Assembly: GCF_009914755.1 (NCBI RefSeq)
Contig: NC_060946.1
DNA length: 64,000 nt
Source of the DNA: the human T2T-CHM13v2.0 reference genome, Homo sapiens
Direction: 5' to 3' (one strand)
Shown here: piece after piece, positions 1 through 17,104 of the stretch
Layout: every line of letters begins with the position of its first letter
How positions within the stretch are numbered: the stretch's first letter is position 1
Notes under the pieces: generated by a model
Told to the model about the DNA's origin: nothing
The model's database searches: none
The model's input: only the letters and a program-made list of their open reading frames with translations
Translations under genes and position numbers: made by a program

Positions 1-936
1 CAAAAAACAAAAACAAACAAACAAAAAAACCCAGGAAATTTCAATAAGCATAATTGTAAAACTGAAAGAGGAACATGAGGCAAAATAAAAGGGAATGAGG
101 TGTTCTAGAAGGGTGGCTGTTAGTATTATCATCATTCTTTAAGAGGGAGAGACTTCAACTCACTGAAATGCTGATGAGAAAGATCCGGAAGAGAAGGAGG
201 AGGATGCTTTGGGGAGAAGGAAGGGGTGATTGCTGGAGAGGGGACTCTGGAGACAGAGGAAGTGCTGGGACCCAGGCGCAGGCAGACGGGTGTGACCATC
301 AGGAGAGATGATGATCTGCAAGGAGAAGGCTGGGAGAGGAGACTGCAGTGGACTGAGCTGAGCCTGGGCTGCGGGGAAGCCTTTGTCCTGCCGTCCTAGG
401 CTCTTGGCTTCCCGGTGTGTTGCCTGTTGGAGACAGAGCTTGGGCCCCAAGAGAGGACGTTCTCAGCTCTCTAGTGTTTTTATGAGAAATTAAACTTGAA
501 TTCGAAAAGCCCAAATCAATTTTATCTCAAATGAGAGGAAGTGAACAGAGACAAAGGCTTTGGTCCAGAAAGGCGGGGAGTGGAATTCATAGGACATTTA
601 ATATTCACTCCACAAACACAGAGCTCTCTCTGGGCCCTGGCGGCTCTGGGTGCTGGAGGCAGATGAATAAATTTCTCAAGGAATCTGGGGGGCAGGAGGG
701 AAACAGACAGACATTGCAATTAAGGAATGTAATTGCTAACATGAATAGGAAAGTTTCTCAGAGGAGGTAACAATTCTAGCTGCCTCTAAAGGATTTATAG
801 AGTTTTACCAGGAAACACTCCTAGAAGTGAAGAATCATATTATTCTACTTAATATAAGTGTAATTTTACTTAATATAAAAGCCCTTAGCTCGGTACCAAC
901 ATACCATCAGCTTTCAATATCATTGAGCTATTAAAA

Positions 937-1252
937 TATTATTATTATTTATTATTATTATTTTCAAGACAGGGTCTTGCTCTGTCGCCCAGGCTGGAGT
1001 GCAGTGGCACAATCATGGCTCACTGCAGTCTCGACCTCCTGCGCCCAGATGATCCCCTCCCACCCCGCCTCAGCCCCCCATGTAGCTGGGATTATAGGCA
1101 TGCGCTACCACGCCTGGTTAATTTTTGTTTCATTTGTAGAGATGCAGTTTTGCCGTGTAGCCCAGGCTGGTCTCAAACTTCTGGGTGCAAGTGATCCACC
1201 CACCTCAGCCTCCCAAAGTGTTGGGATTACAGGCGTGAGCCACCGCACCTGT
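937..1252 (-). mobile_element. Alu (J-like) with (TAA)n tail
   Basis: Reverse-complement Alu dimer. Confidence 0.9.
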
Positions 1253-1989
1253 ATCCCAATTTTTTTCTGATACTTACAATTACTGTGAGCCCTTGACATT
1301 CACATGAAATAAGACAAGATCTCTAAGAATCTCACGCTGGGAAATACTGTCTTCTGCATAAACTATCCCTCTTTAAAAGGAGCAAAGCGCAACTGAAATG
1401 TTAAGCTACTATCTTGGACATTTAATGACTATAAGAACAGAACCAAAGCCATTTCCACAGTTATTAACACATTGGAGGCCTGAAGCCTCCAATCTCACTT
1501 GAGCTGTTCTTTGCTGGCTCCAGAGGCTCTTGAGCTGCGTGGGGAATCACTTTTCCTGGTTTCCACTGAGAGCAGCATATGGTGGGCTCACTTGGACCAA
1601 AGATTCAAGCCAGGGCCAAGTTCAACTCTCCACTCTTTAATCCACTCCTTGCTCCTACTTTTCAGACTAAAAGCCAACACATTCCCAGATACCTTCATCT
1701 TTCTCTCCATTATTAGCACTAGCAATTGGAGTTCTTCTGAGGTCATTTTCCAGAAAGAAGCTGTGTTTATTGCCAGGTCATCAGCTGGCCTCACTCACTA
1801 GCTCAGTTCCACGCTGACATTTTTGCCCCAGCAAAATTACAAATTAGTACCAGCCACGGACCTTTGGATTATTTGAAACGACCCAAAACTGCATGTTAAA
1901 TTCTTGAATGTCAAGGATTTCCTGGGCTTTCCAGTCTCTACCACTCCTGAACTCAAGCTTTAAGTCACCTAATGTCCCATTACCACTTA

Positions 1990-2380
1990 ACACACATGCA
2001 CACATCATGTGCACAAAGCCACGTGCATGCATGCTCACACAGACACATGCATTGGTACATGTGTATATAAAAATGCACATGAACACACAGGCATGTGCCA
2101 TGCACATGTACACATGTACATATATGCACCCCCATACATGCTCAATGCATGAACACATTCATGCATAGTATGCACACACATATCTACCCTCTGTCATCAC
2201 ACATGCTTACACGCATATAATGCATACACACAAATGCACAACACCATACACACAGACGTACACATGCATTTACAGCCATGCACACACACGGACATACAAA
2301 TGCTTGCACACACATGTGTATAAGCACACACAACATGCATGCATACAGAGGCACAGCAGGCACAGGCTTGCCCACACACT
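1990..2380. repeat. Degenerate (CA)n/(CATG) tract
   Basis: Direct inspection. Confidence 0.9.
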
Positions 2381-2934
2381 CTGCCAAGAACAAGTCAGGA
2401 GGAGGAGGAAGGTAGACACATCATTCTTCTCCCTCTAGTTCAAATGACTTCTCTTCCTTGGCACAAACTTTTGTTTTGATATCTTTTGTTATTTTTTTAG
2501 ATCGCAAAGACATGGGATGGAAACCAAATCCCTGGGGTTTCCAGATGGAAGATGTGGTTTCTAACAACGCATCTACTTAGGCAAACTGGAATAGCAAAAG
2601 AATCTGGAGGCCTCTTGGAGTGTTTGTGATATCTGCAGCACCCCTCCAACTTCTCCTCCCCCTCTCACCCGCCTACCCCACCACAGGGAGGCAATGCAGG
2701 GCTGGACGCCCTGCTCTTGCTGCTAACTGCAGCTCTGCCATCTTTTCACTGTGTGAACTCAATCAATCCCCTCCCCATCTCTGGTCCTTCCAGATTTGAT
2801 GGGGAGTGGATAGACCGAGGTTCAGTTATCCCCATACACAGATGAAGAAATCGTGGCTGCAATAGGTGAAGAGGGCCTCCTGAAGGTCATACAACCAGAA
2901 CCCACGTGTTGCAGCTTCCTCCCAGTGCCCATCG

Positions 2935-3437
<503 letters not shown>

Positions 3438-3444
3438 TCACTCA

Positions 3445-3757
<313 letters not shown>

Positions 3758-4079
3758 TCACTCTTCCATGGTTTTTAAAAAGGTGTAATGGGGCTGAGGT
3801 TTGACTCTCCTGCACAGCTCCCCACTCCCCTGGCTGGGACAGTGATGACAGCATCTTGTGTCCTCCCTTTCTCTTTGGTTCTAGGCCCCTGGTGCGACCC
3901 ACCTCCCCTTCCTGAGCCATTTCCTCACCTATCCCACCTTTGGAGCTGAGGATGCTCAGTGGGATGGAGATCTGATTCCGCACGCTCCGAGTGCCTTGCT
4001 ACCTGGATGCCTAGGACACATCCCTTCTCCTCCTGAAGCCTCAGTTTCCCCATCTGTACAGAGAGTGGGTTAGATTTGT

Positions 4080-4245
4080 CCTCAGAACTGGCTGCACCTC
4101 AGAAGCACAGGCAGAGTTTTTACGAAGTACCCTGGCCAGGATGCCACTCAGATTTTATTTCATTGGATGGGGGTGAGGCCCAGACGTGGATATTTTTAAA
4201 AAGCTGCCCAGGTGATGCCAACGGGGTGCCAGGGTTGAGAAGCAC
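4080..4245. mobile_element. MER5-type fragment
   Basis: ATTTTTAAAAAGCTGCCCAGGTGATGCC...GGTTGAGAAGCAC motif. Confidence 0.55.
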
Positions 4246-5049
4246 AGATCTGGTGATCGCTAAAGGTCAGCCCAGCGCCGACTGTCAGAGTGTGTGGTCC
4301 CATGGCCAGGTCTGCACACTGACACCATGCTGTCCTATGCAGCGCTCAGAAGCAGATTGGAAAAGTCTCAAAAAGATCTCAGTGCAGCTATTAGACAAGG
4401 TCACGCGCCCCCTCATGGGAAACGGCTCTTGAGTTGATGATCAGGATACAGACCCTGGCAGAGAGCTGAACTTTCTTTTCTGCTGACTGACACATGATGA
4501 ATACTTTAATTAAAGACTCAACCCCACACATCAATCATCAGCAGACCTCCCCCACCAATGTGCCCTCCCACGGGAGGGCTGGAAAAGCTGTCTCTGTGTG
4601 CCAGGTGGGACAAGGGGAGGGTGCACCCAGGCTGCCGCTGAGCGCTGGGAGTTAACCTGACATCATGTCCAAACAGGGGGCCCGATTAGCAGGAGGACCC
4701 TTGGCTGCCTCACAGCAGAGACAGACCCATGAAAAGATTTTCTTGAAGCCAGCCGGTTGTACGTCTGTACAGTCCAGAGGTTTCCATAGCGACCCGTCTC
4801 TTCCTAAGGCTGACAATGGGCTCCAGCACCAGGGGAAGGCTTTCAACGTCCTGAGGATCCCAGCCCGAAATGGATGGGCTGAGCCTGTCTAATCTTGACT
4901 CCACTGGTCCCTCGAGGCACGTCCTTTCAGAAAGGACACTGAACAGGCGGCAGCCCCGCCCCCACTGAGCCCTCAGAGGATGGGAAAGCAATCTTTAGGA
5001 TGAGAGCAGTTAGCGGGTACCTCTCCGTGGTCCCTCTCCACCAATTAGG

Positions 5050-5280
5050 GCGGTGGATAAGCAGCTGTACCCTGAAGTTAGACCACCCAGGATTCAAATC
5101 CCGGCTCTGCCACCTGGGTAACTATGGGCAAGTGACTTGATAGCTGCCTGCCTCAGTCTCCCCAACTGTGAAATAGGGATAATAATACTATCCTCTTCAT
5201 AGGACTCTTTTGAGGATTACCTGAGTTCATTAAGGGAAGTCCTTACTACAGAATCCGGCACATTGCTCTCATTTTTTACA
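5050..5280 (+). mobile_element. MIR
   Basis: GGATTCAAATCCCGGCTCTGCCAC...GGGCAAGTGACTT...CCTCAGT core. Confidence 0.8.
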
Positions 5281-8200
5281 GCCCAATAGTCATAGATCAT
5301 GAGACGGTCTCAGTCCCCAGGCTAGAAGGGCTATGCCAGGCCCCCAGTCTCTCCACTGCCCAGGGCGGTGTTTCTGAGGCTTGACCTGGAGGATTTTTAG
5401 TCACCCCAATGTCCAGTGCACCCTCCATCTGTGCACCAGGATCTCTGAGGGTGGGACCCAGGCATCTCTTTTTGGAAAACTTTGCAGGTAGTTTCAATGC
5501 TTAACCAAAGTTAAGAACAATGGAAATCTGTCAGCTTTTGTGCCTGTAAGGTTTATTTGGCCTGAGTTGTGAGACCCCATGGAGCTCCTGCAGCCTGTGT
5601 GGAATCAGGGGAGGGAGGAGTGGACACAAACAATATTTGCACAGTACTAGGCACCCTTTGTGTGCTCATTCATTCATTCATTCCACACAAGCACTTATGC
5701 ACTTACAATGTGCCCATGCTGTGCCGATAGCCAGGAATGAGACAGAGGGGCCCCGCCCCATGGCACTTACTGACCCGTAGGGGAGGCAGACATTTATGGT
5801 TTATCACACAAACACGCTGGCAATGATAAGAACCACACAGAGCAGCTGAAGTGGTCAGGTGGCTTCCCATTCCAGGTGAGATCTGGAGGTTGCGGGGCAG
5901 TTAGCAAGTGGGAGAGAGCTGCGTGCGGGGAAGGTGGGAGGCGTTGCAGGAAAGGTGAGGGAGACACAGCTGAGCTGTGGTGCTGGCCAGCTGGGGCCTT
6001 GCGCCTTATCCGGGCACTGTGACGGCCACTAACAGGTTTTAAGTACCGGAATGACATGATCGGATTTGTAATTTAACTAGATCCTTCTGACTGCTGTTGG
6101 GGGAACAGACTGTCAACCTCACAACAGCACTGTCAGCTGAGTATTAGACAAATGATGAACCTGGGCCCAGGGAGCTGAGTCACTCATCAGAGACGTGTGG
6201 CTAGCAAGCAACAGAGGCCAGGCCCATCCCAGGCCCCTGCTCTCAGATCTGGGTTCTTTGCACCCCCTCCCCTGGCTGTGTCCATCTCTCTCTCTGCTCC
6301 CCGTTTCGTCCCCATTATCTCAGGATCGACTCCAAACTCCCTGTGAGACAATACGATCATCCACATTGGATGACAGCCTTTCTCAAAGCCTCTGTGAGCA
6401 CAAGTCTTCATTCTTTAGGGATCACTCTGATTTTGAGAAGCAGCCAAAGGCTTTCCAAGCCAAACTTGGCAGGATAAGGTAGGTGATTATATTAGTCACC
6501 TATTGCTATGTCACAAATTGCCCCAAAACTTAGTGGCTTAATTCTTTCACACATTTCTGTGTGTCAGGAATTGGGAGCAGCTGAGCTGCATAGTCTAGTT
6601 CTGGTCTCTCCTCTTTCCCAATGCCTCAGTTTCCCCAATTATAAACCAAGGTGCTTGAACCGGACCCTAATATCCCTCTTAACCTTGGTGCTTCCAGAAA
6701 AGGTTTGATTCTCCCACTCTTGCCAATTCCTCTTCCTCCTTAGGCGGTGGGCCCAGGCTCACAGAGAACTGCAGGTCATTGGCCAAACTTTTTTTTTTCT
6801 TCCACAAAGAGCTTCGGCCTATAGCTGGGCGCTTTCTACCTACCTGCTGCAAAGGGCCGGAGGTGAAACCCTGAACCTGAGATGAGGTCAGAGCAAAAAC
6901 CCAAAATGTCATCCCCCAAGACTCCTGAGCTGTGGCGGGGTGCACTGAGAATGGGTTGCAGACTTCCTTGTGGTCCGCTGCGGGGCCACTAACTGCTCTG
7001 AAGTGTCTTTGCCCTGAGTTCTCTGAAACACTGAGCACCTAAGGGAGAGCAGGCACGCGGCAGATGGGTGACAGCAGCCAGGCACACCTGCCGCACTCCG
7101 ATCCCTCCTGGCTAGGGGCTAGGCATCTTGGAACGCTTACGAACGGGGTCTTCAGCTCTGCAGCCCCCAATCTCAAGACAGCTGGCTCTGTTCTGCCCAT
7201 CAGGTCCTGAACCCGGAGGCAGGACCTGAAATACCCCAAGGCAGGGACTCACATCCACTGACCTGCTGTGTATCTGGGATTAACTGGAGTCTGGAAGACA
7301 ACGGGGAGCCTCCAGCTCACCCCCAAAATGAAAGACAGCTCCTGGGGAGCTTATCATTTAGTAGGACAGATGGATAGTTGCCAAATAACCACGCAGGTAA
7401 AGGGACCATCACAAGTCTAGCAAGGGCTATGAGGAGCACAGTGGAGCTGGCTGTTAGTGGAGGGCCCCTGGCGAGGCCTCCTGGGGAAGGGATGGTTCAG
7501 CTGAGCTTACATCACAGGCAAAAATAAAATAGGGAAAAGAATATCCACCCTCCAAGGGCCCATTTAACTTAGCAAGGGAGAAATGGGGCAGGGAGATTAA
7601 TGGAAAGAAGGAATTTGGTGGCCGTGCAGCAGGGTCCTGAGCGTCAGCGGCCCGTCATCCCAGTGTTCCTGGGAGGCCAGCACTGGGAGGCACTGGCATC
7701 CCAGCCAGCAGCCAGGGTCAGGATTCTAGCCAAAGAGACCTGTCAGGGCCTTGGCACCACCTTGGAGGGACTGCACCGTTCCGCTATCCATTGCTCCTGG
7801 AAGTGGCATTACCCTGCCTCCTGGCTGGTGCCGGCCCCTCTGAGCCTCAGCCTTGCTGCTGCTTCCCTGGCTGCATCAGATGCAAGTGGAACAGCAACAG
7901 GCCGGCACCCCCAGGGCTGTGTTCGGCCCCTCCGAGAGTCTGCCCTCTGTGGAGTGGAGTCCGGCTAGGACCGTCTTGGCCGCATGCTGAAAGCAGCCCC
8001 CAACCCCTCTGACCTACCAGCAACCCACCCACCAGCACGTGGTTGCAGCCTGCTTCTTGGGTCTCCCTGTTCTTGGTGCTTCACCCACCCAAGGCAGGTC
8101 ATATCTCTCCCGGAGCCAGACCTTCCAAAGGCTTCCCACTTCACCCAAACAAACCCAAGATCCTTCCCCAGGCCTCCGAGGCACCGGCACATCTCTGGCC

Positions 8201-8309
8201 TCATCTGCTACTCCTCAACCCAGACCTCCTTGCTGTGCCTCCAACTCACAGGTACAGGCAGCCACAGGGCCTTGGTACCTGCTTTCCCCACTGACTTTTC
8301 TTCCAAATA

Positions 8310-8961
<652 letters not shown>

Positions 8962-10454
8962 TCAAAATACAGAATGGATGGGGGAGAATGCTATGATTGC
9001 CAAAATTGTGCCGAGTTGTTGGGTGGCAAATGTTTGTTGAATGACTATGTGAATATATATTGACTGGGGGTGCCATAGGAAGAGTGCTCCTGCTGGGTAC
9101 ATGTCCCAGCTCTGCCACTGATGAGATAGGCCTGTCATAGGCCTATTCATGCCTATCTCCTTTTGAGGTCTTGATCTTCATCTGTGTAATATGAGAGAAT
9201 TGTGTTAATATCAGGTCATTTTTTTTTCCCATTTTTTAAAGCAGCTTTGAGGTGAAAACACACATGGCAACCCAATGGATAAAGCGGAGGTGGTGGTGTT
9301 GAAGGCAGGAATCTTAGAACCCTGTCCATTTGGACTCCTTTCTTTCCCTCCTCCCCTGTGCCCCAAGGTGGTTGGAAAGGCCCCTTCTGAGAACAGTTGA
9401 ACTCCCCTGGACTCACAGTTCCCTAAATCCTGGTAGTAAATTGCATCTTTGTTTAGCAACTATTCATCGCCAGCTCTGTCAGTTGATGTTGACTTGACTG
9501 CGTGACTTTATTTTCCCCCAAAATGTGGGCCCGTGTGACAACGTGATGGATTCCAGTGGAGGCTTTAAGAGGCGTTGCAAGTTCCTCCTACCACCTTGCA
9601 CTCCTGCCCTGGGCCCTGGGATGAGAGACACGTGGACCAGGCCTGACTCTGGCCACAGCCCGCACTAGAGCTTGTGGCAGCAGTTCCCCCTGCCACTGGC
9701 ACACAACCTGAGGAAGAAATAAAGATTTATTGCTGCAAGAAACTGAGATTGAGGTTGTTTCTTATGCAGCATAACCTGGTGAAAACGAGTACGAGCCCCT
9801 CTAGCTTTGCTGTGCCTGCAGCTTAAGTCTGGAGGGGGCTGTTGGCATTATTCACAGAGTATAGGAACCCAAATTTGGAATTTCTTTTGTCAAATTTTCA
9901 GCTGTTTCCTTAGCTTGTGATCTTCCCCTTAAAATACTTCTCCACCTTACCTTAATCAGAGATCTCAAACTGGTGGTTCCTGGCTACTTGTAACTCGAAG
10001 TCATGCCTTGTTGGGCTCCAATTAATTAATTAATTAATTCAACTTACTATCTGCCTATCCACTTACACGTGAATACAGATGATTGCACAATTGTAGTTTT
10101 CTGAGTGGCCATTCAGAAAAATCTCCTTTTCAGTAAATGCTAATAAGGTACCTACTCTGCCAGGGCTGCATAGATGAAAAAATAAAAGTGGTCCCTGACT
10201 CGTTGAAATTTAAGCTATTACACTCAGGGTATGAAAAGAGTCTGTCATAAATAAACCACCATCAACAACATTAAAAAAAAAACCCATCTTCATCTCGAAT
10301 TCGAAAAGCCACCCATCATTTCTACTTAGTGAGGCTGGATAATTTCTGAAATTAACGGATGCTTATAGCATACCCAAGAAAAGCATTTTTGCAACAACAG
10401 AACCTTTTATCTGGCTTACAGGCAGCTAAAAACATCCCAACCCATCCTTCTTAG

Positions 10455-11635
<1,181 letters not shown>

Positions 11636-13315
11636 GCAAATATGCAGTTCAACAAATATGGACCCTTATTTGTCTGCTTCCCCCAACAAATGTGGAGAAG
11701 ATTCCCCAAACTTCACCCTCCCCGGCCCCTGGTTTTGCCCAGTAGACACCCCCAGCCCTGGAGGCTTTGCGATGCCCGCCCTGCTCACAGGTTGTTAAAG
11801 CTGGTGCAGGTCTCAGAGATCCAGCTGAGGAAAGGGCAGACCAAGGCCTGGAGTGGGTTTAGAGTCCATTCATCGAGCTCAGGCAGGCGCAGAGCTGGGG
11901 CCCTGAGCAGCTGTCCTGATGACAAGAAACTGAGATTTCTTCTCCCGCACAGGCCACCGCAGTCCACTCCAAGCCCCCAGCCATGGTCACAGCTAAACTC
12001 CTGTCCCTCTGACAAGATGCCGAAGGAGGGCACTTCCTATCTCAGGCCTGAGTCCCTCTCAGCCTCCAGAGGGGAGCAGGGATGGGGAGGAATTGGTAGT
12101 TTTGAGAGCCTGCTAGGGGCTGGGGCTGCCACACACAGCCTCTTCCACTTGTCACCTTCACCACAGCCCCGCGCGGAAGGAGCCATTGTCCCCATTTTGT
12201 GGATGAGCAAAGTGAGGCCTGGGGAATGAAGACGCTGGCCCAGCTTGCACACAGAGCCAGGAAATGGCCCAGCAAATCACGTCTCTGTGTTCTAGTCTGT
12301 TAAAAGCCATCTGGTGCCGAGGACCGCAGCCTCAGGAGCTCCCTGCCTTCCCCAGAGAGAAAGCTGTCAGTCAGCGGGGGAGCCCATCTCCTCCTCCCTC
12401 CCACACCACCCGCTGGTGTCACATGGCATTGGGAGGGAGCAGCACCCACGGGGGTGCCTCCCCCTGGAGGCTGTGCAGGGAGACTTGGGAGCTGCACCTT
12501 GTGGGTGGCTGGGGTTTGGGGGGCAGGGGTTGCACACACGTTCAGGGCTGTCACGTGTTCCTACTCTCTGCAGCTTCTCTGGAGGCACGTCAGCCTGCTG
12601 GGTCCGCGGTCCCCAGACTGGGACTCCTGCAGAGAAGCCTCCAATGCCAGAAATGGCAGGGAATCTCAGAGACCATCCAGGTCAGCCCCCCTACTTTGCC
12701 TGGCTCAGACAAGAATAAAATCTAGAGCTTTGTATGCCAGAAGTGGGGCAAGGATGGGATGAGGTCAGGGTCCTTTAGAGAACACACATAGGGCAGGTCG
12801 GTTGAGGCAAGGTCTCCAGTGTCAGACCACCTGCATCCGAGTCCCGGCTCTCTCCTCAATGGTTGACCCTGGATAAATGCCTTCACCTCTCCAAGCCTCC
12901 GTTTCCTCATCTACTTTAACAGATCCTAGTTACGGAGTGCTGCTCAGGGACAGGCATGGCTCTGAGCTCTGCACCTGTGTGTCATCCTCCAAGCAACCCT
13001 AGGAAGGAGATACTATTGTCATCCTTCTTTAGCTCTGAGGAAACTGACGCACAGAGTGGTTAGCTAACCTGCCCAAGGGCACACAGCTGGGAAGTGATGG
13101 AGCCAGGATTTAATTCCAGACAATGAGGCTTTGGGATCCTGGAGCTCCATCACTATTTCATCTGCTGTCTACTGAGGATTAAATGAGGCAAGGAGTACTA
13201 AGAACCTAGAACTGTACTGAGTCAGCACTCAAACAATCATTTTTATAATAATGAGGAAGAAGGTCATGGACCCCCAGAAGGTCTGATGAAAGGTAAGGAC
13301 CTTCCTGGTGGAAGA

Positions 13316-13318
<3 letters not shown>

Positions 13319-13362
<44 letters not shown>
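13319..13362. repeat. Perfect (CA)22 microsatellite
   Basis: Counted from the sequence. Confidence 0.95.
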
Positions 13363-13365
<3 letters not shown>

Positions 13366-13479
13366 CAAACACTGCCTGCAATTTCATGGGGCCCCTGCTC
13401 CAGAAGTCAACCCATCAGTCCCCCTGGGGAAACTCTGCTCAAGTCAGCCCCATTATTTCCTAAGGAAGGGAGAGGAGAG

Positions 13480-13567
13480 GGTCCACATGTACGTTCCTTC
13501 ATTTGATCCTCTGAGGTCGATCCACCTCAGGTCCACATGTACTTTCCTTCATTTGATCCTCTGAGGT
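13480..13567. repeat. 38-bp direct duplication with a 12-bp spacer
   Basis: 13480-13517 and 13530-13567 differ at one base. Confidence 0.9.
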
Positions 13568-14273
13568 GGCCATTATTAGCCCATTGCACAGATGAGAAAA
13601 CCAAGGGCAATGGTGAGGTCCCAGGCAAGCTGGTGGGCAGACGAGACTTTCCTGTCCTAGGGGGCCTGCCGCCTTCTCCTTGGCTGGGTGTTACTTAGTC
13701 CAGAAGCCATGGTAAGAAATGGCGCCCGCAGGGCTCGGGCCTGTGGTACACACTCAGTGAAGATTTGTTGAGTGAGTGAGTAAGAGTGAGTGAGTGGGTC
13801 AGACTGGGTCGACATGGGGCCAGGCCATGTCCAAGGTCAGAGACTCAGAGCTCCCCTAGCCCAGCTCCTCTCCGGGGTGCTCATGGCTCTTCATGGGGAG
13901 GCAGAGGAAGAAGCAAAGGAAGAGCTGTAGGAATCCTGGCTTTTTAAAAGCTACTACTCCAACCCCCAGACAAGAAAATGGGGGCCCCAAGCCTGACTTG
14001 ATGTATTCAGTCACACCCCGGGATGGCAGGAGCCAGGACTGGAAATCAGGTGTACTGGCACCCATGCCAGAGCTCAGGCAGTGGTGGTCGGAGGGAAGGG
14101 GTGCTGAACTCGAGTCAGAACACTTGGGCCACATTCTGCCTGTCATTCATGAGTGCTGTGACTTCAGGCAAACTGCATGGCCAAGTCTCTATTTGCAAAA
14201 TGGTGATTGTATCTACCTTATAGTCACTGTTAAATCAAGCAGTTTGACAATTGTCTATTGAAAATTGTTTAGT

Positions 14274-14578
<305 letters not shown>

Positions 14579-14744
14579 AAAAGTTGTTTAGCATTTTCTC
14601 CTCATTTGTCAAATGAGGATAGGTTAATGTGAGAATGTAGGAAATTCCCTGATGTAAAACAAATGTTCTGTAATTGGTAGCTTTTACTATTATTGGCAGC
14701 TATTATTACAATGTTGAGCATACAGGATAGGCCTCTATAAATGT

Positions 14745-15630
14745 CCCATGAATGGGTGGATGAACCAACAGACAGGCTAATAAGTTGTTTGGCAGACCAG
14801 TGGGAAGTGGGGTGGAGAGATGGATGAATGGGAGGAAGGTGGATTGATGGATGGGTGAGTGGGAAGTCGGCAAGAGGGTAGGTGGGTGGATGGATAGATA
14901 GACCAATTGACAGGCAGAGAGGTCTGTTTTGGGGAAGACCAATAGGTAGATGAGAGAGAGTGTAAGATGGACAAATGGCTGGCTGGATGAGTGAGAGGAT
15001 GGACCAATAGTAATCAGACAGAAAGACTGGTGGTTTTTCAGAGCATGGAAGGAAGGAAGGAAGGCGGGAGGGAAGGAAGGAAGGTGGATGTGTGGGTGGA
15101 TGGATGGATGGCTGGCTGGCTGGCTGGATGGTGGATGGTGAACAGATGGAAGGAAGGAAGGTGGATGGATGGGTGGATAGATGGATGGATGGATGATGGA
15201 TGGGTGGGTGGGTAGATAGATGGATGGATGGATGCTGGATGGATGGATGGGTGGGTGGATGGATGGATGGCTGGCTGGATGGATGGATGGTGGATGGATG
15301 GATGGATGGATAAATGGATGGATGGATGGATATATGGTGGATGGGTGGATAAATGGTGGATGGGTGGATGGATGGATGGTGGATGGATGGATGGATGGAT
15401 GGTGGATGGATGGGTGGATGGATGGGTGGATAGATGGATAGATGGATGGATGGATGGTGGATGGATGGGTGGGTGGATGGATTGATGGAGAGATGAATGG
15501 ATGGATGGATGGATGGATGGATATGTGAGTGGAATCATTGGGTAGGTGGGTGGAGAGATAAATGCATGGACCAATAAGCAGGCAGATAGAGAGGTGGGAG
15601 GACAGAAGACCAGGATGTGGATGGATGGCA
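14745..15630. repeat. Degenerate (GGAT)n tract
   Basis: Direct inspection; purest at ~15090-15520. Confidence 0.95.
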
Positions 15631-16683
15631 GATATTCCTTCCCCTTGAACTGAAGCCAAAGGGATGATGGCAGCAGCTACAGCCTTACCATGGGCATCCT
15701 GAGGGTGAGGAAGAGAGGTAGGAGATGATTGTTCACCCAGGGCACCCCTGGAATGAGGCAGTGAGCAGTTGCTTACTGTACCCCAACATCCAAGGTTGGA
15801 ATGGAAGCCCTAGGAGTGAGATGAGTGGGAGGAAGACACCCGGGCCCACACTCACACGCACACTCCCCTCAACACGGCATGCAGCAGGAGGTCGCCGGGG
15901 AGGGGCCCTGCACCCACACCAGAGCAGCAGGCTGCACAGCTTCTTCAGAAAGCGTCAGAGCCACAGCAGAGGAGGACCTCAGCTGCAGAGGCCTTCAGCA
16001 GGGCAATCCCAGTGTGCCCCTGGGGACTCCCTGGGTCTCAGCCAGAAGAACAAAATGTCCCCAGTGGGGGACCGTGGCTGCCTCGTGACCATTCCACTTC
16101 TCAGATGGCGACCCAGGGTCCAAGGGCCTATTTCAGGCCTTGCGGGTTTTGTTGACAACGAGGCCACCTTGCGATAGCCCCATTTCACGAAAGTGGAAGC
16201 TGAAGTCCACCAGTGGATACCATGGTCTGCAGGCTTGGCTGTACCCCCACCATCTCTTTGGTTTCTCCTGGGCCTTGTCCCACTGCTCACCCAACTTGGC
16301 CTCTCTGGTGTGGCTTGAACACTCCAGGCAGCCCCACCCCACTTGCTCTTCCGCCTACCTGGTAGGCTTTTCCGCCGAGGACCAACGCGGCCACACCCTC
16401 ACTTCCTGCATTGCCTGTTTATGGTGCAAGGACTTTTGTCCGTTGGGTTCCTGATGCCCGGTGCATACTCAGGTATCATTTGCTGTAATCCAGTAACCCA
16501 TGCAGGGATGGTGAGGGTGAGCAATAGTGAGGTGTTGCCCATGTGCCAGGCACAGTGCTCACTCATTTATCCACACAGTGCCACCATGAAGTAGATGCAG
16601 TTGCTATCTGCTCCCCTGCAGATGGGAACTCAGAGGCTCAGAGAAGGGGTTTGCTCAAGGTCCCACAGCAAGGCTGCCGCTAG

Positions 16684-17104
<421 letters not shown>

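Noticed and set aside
10020-10039. Self-complementary (AATT)5
   Set aside because: Short microsatellite with no other support for function
14706-15659. 317-aa ORF and overlapping HPSI/MDGW-repeat ORFs (also 55344-56202)
   Set aside because: Translations of (GGAT)n/(CCAT)n simple repeats that lack stop codons by composition
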